64,000 nucleotides of DNA from Bugula neritina (taxonomy: Eukaryota; Animalia; Bryozoa). Under the pieces are notes generated by a model. It was not told where the DNA came from. It saw only the letters and a list, made by a program, of their open reading frames with translations, and made no database searches. Location of the stretch: NCBI GenBank assembly GCA_964035545.1, contig OZ037766.1:7554722-7618721 (forward strand), written 5' to 3'. A program made the position numbers and the translations under genes. Within the stretch, counting starts at the first letter, position 1, and every line of letters begins with the position of its first letter. Positions 15,301 to 28,000 of this stretch are shown here, one piece after another.

Positions 15301-16147
15301 TGTACAGAAGAAGTTAATGGATATACAAATACACAACCTATTCTTGCATATCCAAGTAATGGCAGAACTGAACTATACCTCTACATTTTCATGATTTGCA
15401 GTTTTGGCAGACTTTTTGCCAACTGTGACTGCCTTAACAGTTTCTGGAGCGTCTGCTTTAGCTTTTTCTACAGTCTTCATAGAAACATGGCCATTAGTAG
15501 GTTTCTGTTTCTAACAATAAACGTAGGCATGGCTGTTTTAACAAAAACATGACAAATCTGCCATGATAAACCACAACAGAAGTAGTTTTCTGGTAAGTTC
15601 TAATCATAGTGCTGAAAATGTAAATAGACTTTGTGACAAGCAGTGCAGAATTTGACAAATCCTTGTTATGAACATTATTTCTATTATAATTTCAGTTGTT
15701 TTAAGCTCAAAGACATACAGTTCATGAAGTGAAAATATGTACACATGATACATTGCACTTTATTGCAAACAAAGAATATTACCCAGCAGTACTCTGCACA
15801 TTTCCAACAGTTATCATTTAGAGGAAATAGATTATTGGCAACAAGACGCAAAAATTATATAATATTTACTTTTCATATAGGCAACCCTTGCACACTACAT
15901 ATTCACCAAAAACTATGTCACTTACTTTCTGTTGCTGTTGTTGCTGTTTGAGCCGCTTTTTTGCCAAAGCTCGTTCTTTTTTAGTAGAAGTTGGCTCATC
16001 AACAAGAAGTAAGGGTGGGGGAGCAGGGGCAGCTCCTAAGCTATACATGTACACAACTAGGACTAGAATTAGAGCAGTTACGACTGGAACTGCAAAGGTC
16101 AACATGGACTGAACGAACCGCTCCACATCCGGTAAAGTGTCAGACAT
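12395..16147 (-). CDS. Metadherin/LYRIC-like single-pass membrane protein (multi-exon)
   Basis: ATG at 16147 (MSDTLPDVERF), N-terminal TM (MLTFAVPVVTALILVLVVYMYSL), Lys-rich low-complexity exons, DWVTVLSNKDKK motif, and C-terminus NEFGDWEEAKPMKMKNVKKRARREK* (TGA 12397-12395), which resembles the MTDH end (WE.PK..KKKKKARRE). GT-AG exons throughout. Orthology is an inference. Confidence 0.7.
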
Positions 16148-17834
16148 GGCTGCTCTTGTAGACCTCACCCACCTAGTAGCATGCAGAATATTCACTATAC
16201 AAAATTTACATGACACAACTTATTGTTCAAGAAATTGTATATGAAACAATACAACAAATGTTGTTTACATATATTAGTTCATTAGTCAACTAGAGTCAAT
16301 AATAGACTTGCTAAAGATTTAAGAAATCAGTAAGAATGAGAAGTCGTGAGATAATTTGAGAGTGCTGCAGAGTGGCATTTGGCACCTTCTGGGAGAAAAA
16401 AGAAAGCTTCTTCACAAAATATAAATACATCAAATATTTTTAACGTAACAATAGCAAATAGTGGAACTGGAAAGCAAAAGTTTCAATGTTGAAACATATC
16501 TTGCCTGGCCAAACAAAAGAGCTCAAACAAAAAAACTGAAGAAGTGGTAGAATATGTAATAAACTGTTATCTGCAAAAAATATACTTGTTGCCATTTAAA
16601 CAAAAAAACCAAAAGAAGAAACTTGGTGAAAAAGTAGTTGTAATGAAAATAGTGGAAAAATAAAGCAAAATAAGCTGATGGCGAAACAGAACTTAGCTAA
16701 AATGTAGAAAAGATATACACTACAAATTTGATTGCGATTTCTAAAATCGATTAAAACCATCAATACTTAGTTTCATTCTAAAAACATTTTTTTTATTATA
16801 GTTACATTATCCTATTGAAATACATCTACCTATTTAATTACATTGCAGATCTTTATCTTTAATTCTAAAATATCGATAAATTTTAAATTAAAATAGTAGA
16901 TTATGAATAATAAATTTAAATATAATACCCAAAGCTAAATTTAAATAGTGGTACTACACCTGGTATTAATACTAAGTCTAATAGTAATACTAATAGTTAT
17001 CTAGTAATACTTACACTTATCATATAAATACGACTAAGATAGTAGTTCATTGATTTATTATAATGATTCATGATTAATAATAATTATAAAAACATTTAAT
17101 AAATAATAACAATTGATTAACCACTAGAAATATGAAATAAAACTATAATCAAGTAAAATTAAGAACTATTAGTCATAACCATAAAGCTAATACTATACTT
17201 ATAGCTATAGGTTATAATTTATAACTTATAGTACAGCTATAAGTATTAGTAATCCTAATACAATTACCATTGGCACTACACTTACAGTTACTTGCTACTG
17301 CTACAATTACTGTTAGTATCAATATTACAGTCTTAGGATTAAGTTTAATTTGTCTTCCAGTATTGACTATACAGTCTATTCATTATCATTATGGCTATTC
17401 TAATTCCATTACTATTACTTTCAGTATAACAACTTGAACTTTAAATCAGAAAATGAAATGGATTACAAATTTAAAAATAGATGACAAAATGAAATTGAAA
17501 ACTGTATTTCCCTTTTTCAATTTCAAATTAAAATATTGAAATACCATGCTAACTTGATTATGATGATGATAATAAAAATTAAAATTAAATACAAATCCAA
17601 ATTCACTAATATTAATCGTAATACTAATACTAAATCTAATAGCAATACTAATAGTAATACTAATACAGTAATACTAATACTAATACTAATAGTAATACTA
17701 ATCAGTAATTGAAATTAAAATTGAATTTCAATCTGTATTTAATTTATTTTATCAAGTTCAACTTGAATGATATCTACAAAATGCGCCAATGTTCATAATC
17801 TCTATCATAGTCATCTACACAATGCAAAACATAC

Positions 17835-18538
17835 ATAACAACAGTGAATAATAGTGTGAAATAAAAACTTAAAAAGTTTCCGTCATCTAATTTGAAGTAA
17901 AAGGGGATTGCCAACTCGCAAGTCTGATAAGAGCGTAGTAACAACAGAGTGTTGACATCGATAGTAAAGGCAATATACAAAAACGCCTTATGATTCGCCC
18001 AACTTCTTAACCCAATAAATATTCTTGCGTATCAACCACACATGAAGCTTTTAAAATAACTAGGTCAAAAAACTTTGCTTCCACTTTACTCAATTGGCTT
18101 GAGCTTAAAAATATGTTACCAATTTCCGGTCTTCAAGTTTGGCAATGTGGCCTTAAAGCACAACATCTACTTGCAGCTGGTTTTTTTTAATTTCTTCACT
18201 GTTTATTTATTTTTACTTTTAAAATACATAACATTGCATTTTTAAAATTTTGTTTGTAGTACAACCTTACAAAAGATTCAAGAGCATAAACAAAAGTGAG
18301 TCAAAGAGATAACTCCAGATTAAAACGATGCTAAGCTAGTTTAAACATAGAAACTGTAGGTAGCTACTTTATTGAACTCGGTAATAACATGTCGCATTTG
18401 GTAATTTCTTCTCAGTGGCTACCATGCATTTCTGTTGCATGTGCAAGAACCCTTACTCAATCTAATTGTTCAGGGAAGTTAACGGCTACAACTAGACTCA
18501 TTTCAACTTTCTTGCGCTTTAGGCTTTGGATTTCTAAC
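17835..18538. promoter_or_regulatory. Bidirectional promoter and non-coding first exons of the MTDH-like gene (-) and eIF6 (+)
   Basis: Head-to-head genes. Candidate 5'UTR donors GTATGT at 17834 (-) and GTAAAT at 18539 (+), acceptors just before each ATG (16173; 19844), local CpG enrichment and an ETS-like ATTTCCGGT at ~18122. Confidence 0.55.
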
Positions 18539-19854
18539 GTAAATTAGAAAGTTTAATATTTATTATCAACTTCAAGGGTGTAATAAAAACCACACTGCTA
18601 CTGTTAGACTTGTAGTAGGCGTAGCGGTAGTACTAGTAGTAGTACTCCGACTACTACAGACATTTAAATAACTAGTACTAGTAGTAGTAGTCTTACTCTT
18701 AGTCTAACTCTAAGTCTTACTCTTAGACTAAGACTGTTAGTGTTAGTCTTTAGTGTTACTGTTAGTGTTACATTTACTGACTTAGTGTTACACCTAGTCT
18801 TACTCATACTAATACAGTAATACTGTATTACTAATACTATTAGAGTTACAGTATAACTATTACTATTACTATTAGTATTAGTCTATTAGTATTAGTACTT
18901 TTATACAGTATACTTAATCTTATAATTATACTAATACTGCTATAGTAATAGTCTCTAAACTGTAACACTCACTAACAGTAACTCACAACTGTTAAAAATC
19001 ACACTCTGAAAGTGAATGTGAATTTCAAAACTCATAGACTAAAGAGTAAATCAGAATGAGTTAGAGTTTGGAGTGATGCTGATACTGATACAGTGATAGT
19101 GGAAGTTATACTCATAGTGATATATCTAGACTGATAATGATACTGATAGTCATGCTGATAATCATATTAATATATGTTGACTCGGTTTAATGATATCTCA
19201 CCTCGCATCTCACCTCATGGAACATAGAACACTCAAAATCACTTTGTGGTGTGAACAGGAAGTGCCTCATTGGCCATTGTAAAGTGTTTAGTCAGTGTTT
19301 ATTTAGTGTTGAGTGTTATTTGACTTTAGACCTCCCTCACGCTGCGCAGAAGGAGGCTGTTGTAATATGTCTGACTAGATGCAGATCATTTTGTACACAT
19401 CAATATAAAGTAACTAAAATGCATAGTTTTTGATATTTATTATTTGATGTATCATTGTAGGAGTCATTCACTTATGGTACTGCTCACAAGTGACATGCAC
19501 TTTCATTATGTCTTAGCCCCTAGTATTAGTCACACTATTGTCACTAGTTTTGCAATCAAATTATGTTTTTCTAGTGATTATCTAGTGTTTAATGTTCACC
19601 TTGTATTCAACACAATTCAAAATGGAGAGTTGTTAAGCATGCAGAGTTTTTATTGTGGCTACATTTTTTTTTCTGCTTCTGATTCAGTTTAGTGTTGTTA
19701 TTAGTATCCGTTTCAAATTCTTGTCAAAGGAATAGCAATTGCAATTTTTGTTTCAAGTTTTATTTTAGTGTAAAGTCTGTGACTGCTACAGTGCTAATAA
19801 TCCCGCTGAAAAAAAAAAACTAAAAGCCCTCTATTATAATTTAGATAATACGAA

Positions 19855-22800
19855 ATGGCTCTTCGTGCCCAGTTTGAAGGAAACAACGAAATTGGAGTAT
19901 TTTCCAAGCTTACAAACAGTTACTGTCTGGTTGGAATAGGCGGCTCTGAAAACTTCTACAGGTGAGTGAAAATAATAAATTTGTAATAAAGTTATTTCTT
20001 TTAAGTAATTGTAAAGTTTTGAATTATTCATCACTCATTTATTTCTTTAATGAATAACTTCAATATTTTGCAGTATATTCGAAGGAGAACTTTCTGAAAA
20101 TATTCCAGTTGTACACACAAGTATAGCAGGCTGTCGTATCATTGGTCGAATGACTGCTGGTAAGCCTATAGTTGTGATTGTAGTATAGACTATTACTTTC
20201 AATTATGTGATGGTAGTAGGCACATTTCATTATGAATAGACCCTTTTCATAGGTCCCCAATATCCCCTTTACAACTAAGAGTTGTGTCCTCCCAAAGTGA
20301 ATAGGTTGATCCTTTGTATAAAGAGCAAACTTATTAAAGATTCAAAGTTTGGCTGCTACTTAAAATTCTAATTAGGCTATAAAATTGTTCTTTTAGGAAA
20401 TAGATATTTTGGTATAAGCACACATATTAGCAGTTAAAAAAAAATTATAAAAATATTTCTTTATGGAGAATTTTGAAGAAAACAAACTTGAAAGCATTTT
20501 TGTGGTTTTGGTTACTGAGCAATGCTGTAGTGGCACTTCAGCATTGCTCAGTAACCAAAACCACAAAAATGTGTTCAAGCAACAATTTTCATTTTGGGTG
20601 ATTGATTGATTGATTTATTACATATCACAAACATGACAACACGTTGCAAAATTCAGTGTAAATACTGGCTATAATAAGTAGGAATGAACAAAAATAAGAG
20701 AAAAAAATCAAAACTCTGTTGGATTATTTAAAATGAAAGCTCATTTAAAGTATTTACAAGATGTCGCAAGAAGCTATCTTTGCCCCATGCCCCTCTATAT
20801 TTGATGGTTCGATATCTTCCAGAAGGGCATTGACTCAGAAAGTTATTGATGAAATGGTCATTGTCTATTATATATTTGATGGCAAGTTCTTTAGTGAGTT
20901 TCTGTGGACACAACTCTTAATTGTGAGGGAGACATTGGGGACTCTGAAACCATTCTATTGCATTACACTGAGATTTACCTCTGCCAATACCAACACGCTA
21001 TGGAAAAATGATGCTTATGTAGTGAGCAAGTTTTAACATGCATTATTTCATTGATTCAAGCCCTGGTTGTTAGTATTCAAATTTATATTCATGAAATTGT
21101 GATTTTACTAATATGCTATTGATTCAGTAATTTACCCACTGTCCTGTAAGTCATACCTGTACTATAACCAGTGTTTTAGTAGTTAGGAGTTAGTCAGTAA
21201 TCATGTTTTGTCTGGAGTTATCTTCTTTAGTAATTAGGCATGTGGGAGGCCACTAGGAACAGCTTTAAAGGATTGCTCAATCTTAGTTTATTACAATCAC
21301 ATTATAATTATGAACTATAATCTAATGTGTATGCAAACAATTGTGACTTTGCAAAGGTATATGTGCCTAGAAAACAGCTTTTCAAAATTCCAAGAATAGC
21401 CTAATACGTGACGTGTGAACGCCAGTAACTACGCTTCACGTGCTAACTATAACGCTAGTATTCAAGGTTGCTGAGCACAACATCAACCAATAACGCTCAA
21501 GCAGTTACAGTGCGCTATATAGGTCAGCTTTGGTGTGCCTGTAACATTGCACAATCTGACCTAGTTTAGATCGATCGCAGGCATTCATCCTAAAGAATGC
21601 ATGTTTTTGCAATGCTTTTTTTCTAATGTTTACAAGCAAAATATGGCCTAATGTTATCACATACATGTTATTTAAAATGTCAAAAAACTATAGATTGAGA
21701 TAATTCACATTTGCACATCTATAAATATACAAATTACGAGCTGAAAGATCACATCTCACAGTCATATTTCTATAGTTATTCATTTGTATAGTCACGTGAC
21801 CAGCAGGAATGCTGGCGTTGTTACGTCACATTTCCCAGCTCATTTCAAAATCGGCGTTTTGGCTGTTACCAATCTACACCCTCAACTTCAACTAACTTTT
21901 TCTACCTTTGGTCAAATGCTTTTTGTCAATGCATGCTTAGAAAAACACAATATTATGTGTGTTTGACCTAAATGGCCATTTATTAGACAAGATAGAGCAA
22001 TCCTTTAAAATAATATAGTAGCATTAACATAGAAACTTGCATTGTGCTATTGTGTCTGACAAATAATGTAAGTCATATTAAAGTTTGTTTTTAAAGTTTT
22101 TCTTGCCCATAAGTTTAGCAGAGTCAAAATACTTGAAAGTTCGTGCTTCATCAGCTGTTTTATATTATTTTGTAAAAATGCCTATTTTTCGGAATTTAGT
22201 GTGGTTCCCTGTAATATTTAATGTACCTACAGAGGTTTAGTTACAATTTATTCCTGTGTTTCTTATAGCAAACAGACATGGTTTACTGGTTCCTCAAACA
22301 ACAACTGACCAGGAACTACAACATTTACGTAACTCCTTACCAGACAGTGTGAAGATTCAACGTGTTGAGGAAAGATTATCTGCCCTTGGTAATACGATAG
22401 CCGTCAATGACTACGTGGCACTGGTTCATCCAGATCTCGACAAGGTAAGTAAGGGTTTTTTCAATGGAGATCAAGTCCTACTTTTTGCACAACTAGGCTT
22501 AATTCATTTAAATTGGTCCGTTTGAACCAAGGCCTAAAATACAGGTAACAGGGTGACCAACATAGCCTTTTATAAAGAATTGCTGGATACCAGTAAGGCA
22601 TGTGTTAAACAACGCAGAGATGAATGTTAAGAAGAGTATTAGGCTACTTAGGACAAACTCATCTGTAGATTTATTTGATTATCTTTCAACCATCTGCTGT
22701 AAATTGTGTTCTCTCGGACATTGTCATGTTTCATAACAGAAAAAACTTCATATTAGCTGCTCTGTAAAAAGAAATAGTTATTGTCTAATCTCCAATATAC

Positions 22801-24170
22801 ACAGCCATGCTATTGGTTAATCTCCAGTATACACAGCCATGCTATTGGTTTACCTTTTTAACTTATGTTTTCAGGAGACAGAGGAAATTCTGGCTGATAC
22901 ATTAAAAGTAGAAGTGTTTCGGCAAACATTAGCAGATAATGTACTGGTTGGCAGCTATTGCGTTTTCACTAATCAAGGTGGCTTGGTATGTTGAATCATT
23001 GCTTTTTACATAGGTATTTATATTATCTTGTTTGTTGTTGGTTTATTTTCAAGTGTGGCAATTGCTTGTATTTTGCACTGTAAATTCCTTCTCTACACTG
23101 GAAGAGTTAATGGACTGCAGTCAATTCATTTAGGTACATCCCAAAACCAAAGTTGAAGATCAAGATGAGTTGTCCTCTCTTTTGCAAGTCCCTCTTGTTG
23201 TAAGTGTTCTACACTTATTTACTGAATTTTTATTGGATCGCAGCACTCTTTGTACTTTTCATTATAACAAATATGCTACATAATATTGTTTATGCTGCAT
23301 AGAACATCAACTAAAAGTAGTCTTCGTATGTGCTAGCAGCTTAATAAATGGAAATATGATAGCGTTTAATTATAATATATTGTAAAGTTGTGGTGACATA
23401 TCAAAGTAAGCTTTTTACTACCATGTGTTGCAGTTATTTTGCAGAATGTCGCATAATTTTATAATGTAATGGCTTTTATTTATATGGAGTAGTCTCACTT
23501 ATAAATACACCTGATGCTAAGAGTGGATGTCTTTACTATGATATCCTATACGCAGGCCGGCACTATAAACAGGGGCAGTGAGGTATTAGGGGGTGGATTG
23601 GTTGTCAATGATTGGAGTGCGTTTTGTGGCATGGACACAACTAGTACAGAGTTATCAGTCATAGAGAGTGTGTTCAAGTTGAGTGAAGCAACAGCCAATA
23701 CAGTCGCTACTGAGATGCGAGACTCGCTGATTGATAGGTGGGCTGAATATGTTCTGTTACTCCTCTTTAATTTAATTCGATAATAAAAACATTAGAAATT
23801 AGTTGAAAAATTGGTTGAAAATACATTCTAGAAAGGATTAATATTGGTGTTTAAAATATTTTGCAGCAAAAACCAGTCATTATTCACCAACTATATAAAG
23901 TTAGGAAAAAGATTATTTACTGAAATTTAATTTTCATGAAATTGCTTCTGTAATTGCTGATTAAAAGTTACCAGTAGATAATATATATTATTAAAATTAA
24001 TTGTTATATAATTTCTCTTACAACCAAAGACAACTCCAAAAAAGTCGAAACTTGCATCCAACAATATAATAATCCAATTTAGTTGCTAGATACTTGGTAA
24101 ATATCAAGTAACTGCTACAAATATACCTTGTTTACAATGCAATACCTTCTTTTGTTGTAGTTTGGCTTAG
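19855..24170 (+). CDS. EIF6: Eukaryotic translation initiation factor 6
   Basis: Exons 19855-19961, 20074-20159, 22269-22444, 22875-22985, 23134-23199, 23556-23737, 24161-24170 total 738 nt = 245 aa. [26 protein letters not shown]...[12 protein letters not shown]...[10 protein letters not shown]...RDSLIDSLA*. AATAAA at 24338. Confidence 0.98.
20598..20915 (-). mobile_element. 5'-truncated LINE 3' end (Rex1/L2/CR1-like) with (TCAA)n tail
   Basis: Residual peptide [12 protein letters not shown]...[12 protein letters not shown] resembles the post-RT C-terminus of Rex1/L2-group LINEs (PSGRRYR...NSF...LN), followed by a 3'UTR and microsatellite tail. Related pieces at 34223-34325 and 34460-34592. 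Confidence 0.65.
21269..22004. mobile_element. Non-autonomous DNA transposon with TTAA target duplication (Kolobok-like ends)
   Basis: TTAA|AGGATTGCTCAATCTT ... AAGATAGAGCAATCCT|TTAA: 16-bp TIR with 1 mismatch and TTAA on both sides. AG...CT termini fit Kolobok rather than piggyBac (CC...GG). Confidence 0.75.
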
Positions 24171-25029
24171 CAGACAGCTCAACAAATATCCCTATTTTAT
24201 ACTACCGCAGTGACTTGATATGGTATTGAACCAAGTACTGATCTCAAGTCTGTGAACAACATTTTGACATTTGTTGACTGATAATGTTTTTGTACTATAT
24301 TCTGTAATATGTCATTTGTACAGCTACACAAACTTGTAATAAAGCAGAGGCTAGTGGTAATAGCATACCATGTATTTATATCGAGAATGTATGCATTTAT
24401 ATGTTCACTGTTGTAGAGCCCTGGGCTCTCAAGTATTTGCGGTGATTAATATTTTAAAATACTGTAAATTAAAATCAATTTATTAAAACATATAAATAAA
24501 CTAATGACGTATGGAAAAACCTAGAACTGCTCCCAATGTAACATAGAATTGAGATATGTAAAATATGCATTTTATAAATAACATAATTTATTACTTTCTT
24601 GAGTGCGTCACAAAATCTTGAGCATGATTTATTTAACAAAATACAGATAAATTTCTAGTAATGAAGTTGTAGTGGATGAACGTCATTTAATCTACATACT
24701 ACTTTGGAATTGTTAAGTATTGGGCTTACAATACTGGGTCACCAGAGGAGATAATTCATCAAGTAAATTCAAATCAAAATGTTTACTAAAAGCTTCATCT
24801 ACAGAAGATAAAAAATATTCAATTTCAAATATGAAGTATTCAGTAAAAAAATTAATTAAAATGTAAGCTTCATTATAATCTATTGGAAAAGCAGCAAGTT
24901 GATTTGACCAAAATATTACATACATGCCCTAAAGTCGTTGGGAGAGTCAAGTGTTGATGCGTATGTAAACTGTTAGCAGTGTATAAACTTATATTACAGA
25001 CTGAACTCCTAAGGTACCATATTTTAGAG

Positions 25030-28000
25030 CTAAAGGGGAGTGTCATCAGTTTGGCTGTTCATCCTATCTCGATAATCGTATTTCTTATCAGTGTCTCCAG
25101 CTTCCTGGTCTATTGTTATAACATCAGTGCCTAATTCTGAATCCGCAGAAGTGGCTTTTGTTGTGATTGGTGACTCACGGTCAGGATCAGCAACTGGTTC
25201 TTTTTCAACTGCTGGTGCTGGTGGTGTAGAAGCACTTACAGGAATTCTCCCTGTTCTCCGCTTTGGGTCCAGAGAATGGGTTCTCTGTGGTATTGGTGGT
25301 GGTTGTCTAAGCTTAAAATCCTGTGATTTTGTTCTATTATGGCCATTCACCTCAGTTGAAGAAACTAAATCTGTTTTTATTTCCACAGCAGAAGCATTAC
25401 GAGTATGAGTTTTTTCTTTTGGGGCTGCAGTGGGTGTAGCACTATCTGAAAGGGACCTAGCTGGAGTACCAAAGGAGGATGTTGCCTGGTCTAGTTTCTC
25501 CTCACCAGAGCAATTTGGTGGACTATTAGTTTCAGTTTGAGGTGGTGGTTGCGCAGGTTTGGGTGGTGGTGCATTGAGAGGGCGAGAAAGTGGTTTAACT
25601 GGAGGGCCAGGTGGAGGTATAGTTGGCTTCTTTATGACGTTATGGTCTGGTGGTTTAGTATCAGGTCTGTTGGGTTTAGCAATGTCTTTGTTTGGTGGAG
25701 GTGGAGCATGCTTCTTGGATTTTCTGTAAGTCAACGGGCTACTTCCAAGGTTGGCATTACTGCAACAAACGCGCATCATGAAATTAATGTTCCTAGATTT
25801 TGGGGAAAGAAGGTTCATTTCCTCACACAGTTTAATTGGTTTAAATAGTGAAATGTTTTAGTTACATAAACAAAGCTTATTGCACTGAGGTGATTTATAG
25901 AAAGTTTAGTAAATTGCTCAAAGCCGGTTTTATTGCTGCTTTTTTTAAAGGGACAGAATCTGCATCTACCGTATCAGAGAAATCTTGAAGGTCAATATCA
26001 AAATAGACAGCTTTCGTTGAACTTGATGGAAGTTGTTTTCTTTTTCAAAAACAAGCAATTACAATTGAAAAGTATCTTGGCTCAATAAAAGGCAGTGATA
26101 AAGCAGGAAACTTCTCTTGTTAAATTTGGTGCATTGAATGGTAAATAGTTATAAAGGCTAAATTTCTAACAATCTTTGAATTTTGCAAATTGAATTTTCA
26201 ACAAAAATATACATAAATTTTAACTAGTATGGTTCATGTCATATAGCTTCATAAAAGAACTTTCAGCATCCTAGACATTTTGAACTGTGTTTTGCTTGTT
26301 CTTAAAAAAAGGAAAACAACTCTTATTGACCTCTGCAGAAAATCATCATGAATTTTTTCATCAGGTTGCCAAATTCACAAAATTTTATGAGGTAAACTAG
26401 CAGTTAAGACTGGCTGAGCAAACAACCAAGGCTAAGGCAACAGATAAGACTAGCAATAATATTCTACTAACTAAATGCTACTTCTTAGCTGCAATATATT
26501 TTGGTCCAACAAATCTACAAAAAAAGTTAAAGGTTTTGCCGTAAACCTTTTTTTAGAGCATAACATTCTTTATCAAAGTTATAAGCTGATTTTAATCAAT
26601 AGAGATCCTAATACTTGATAAAACTTAAGCATTTTTGAAAATAAATTAACTTTTTTGTAAACATCAACAAATTTTCCCATAAGCACATGAATTTTCTCTT
26701 CTATATACCAACAGTTTTAATAGCCACAGCATTGCGAAAACTGTTTCTTTATCAATTATCGTCATCGCATAACTCCAAGTCAAGTCTCAAACCTATGTTC
26801 ACCAGTTTTAGGACTTTATTGACTGCAGACACCTAACAAGGCATTTTCATTTTCACCAAGCAATGAGAACCACATAATCATGACGGATAATGCGATAGTT
26901 ACCTGCTCTCAAGTGAGGACACACTGAGCTGGGAACTGCTCATTGCAGATGTGCCAGCCCCTGGTTCAGCATGTTTTCTCGTATTACTGTTGCTATCCTT
27001 GCAATCCAAGAGAGCAGAATTAGAGGGTGATTGTGGCGCTGTAATACTAGAACTTGCTGATAGTGAGTGGCTGCTACTACTGCGGCTAACTGCACTGCTG
27101 TCAGCATCAGCAAACTCTATATCTACAATCATATGACAGTCTAGTTAATAGAAACTGTGATGGAAAGTAATGCAATTTCACAGCATGTACATTTTATTGG
27201 AGTAAATATTTTTATTTTCGCTTAAATATTTCATGCAACATTTGTGCTAAAACTCTAGAACATTATTTAATACAAAAACCAGAATAGAAATAAAACGAAA
27301 GCATGGAGCATTCCAGTGTGCTTTCAATAATTTTTTCTTTTACAACTAATAGAAAAACACAAGTTTTAGAAAAAAAAGCTATTATATTTAAATCAATAAT
27401 TTTTCACAGAATGACAAATAATTTTCAGAAATACATGTCTAAAATGAAAAATGAATGCTTATGAACATTCATTATGCATGTAAATGTTTCATTAAGTGCC
27501 CCATACAATAAATATCATTTCAAATTTGAGAGAGTAAATGCTGGTTAATATCAAGTAAGGACAACAATATGGTTGATGCAGACAATCATGCAATCAAATC
27601 GAAGGCTATTCTACATTGCAGAATGCAGTGAATTAGAGGCAGGGTAGCTAGAACTTGAAAAGAAATCACTTTAAAAAAACCACAAACATGCAAATAATAG
27701 CTGCAAAAGTAAATCAACAATTAGCATTTAAAAACTTTGAATGTCAGTCAAAGATTCAACTTTTTCTTCTTGGCTATCCTTGGGAAAACAATAATTATCG
27801 TTGGCTGTGGAAGAACTGGAGTATTGAGAAGGGCGCAAGACTGGTGAACCAGCAATGGCAACAGTCATGTCCAGCAAAGACATGAGCCCACTAGGAGGTC
27901 TGCAGGAAGAGGAAGCAACTGGTGCCTCCGAGTCAACCCGAGAACTTTGCTGTGGAATTGCTGGAGCATCTATATTACTAAGACTCCGCCCTTTGATCTT

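Noticed and set aside
22787-22850. 32-bp tandem duplication in an eIF6 intron
   Set aside because: Simple local duplication with no sign of function.
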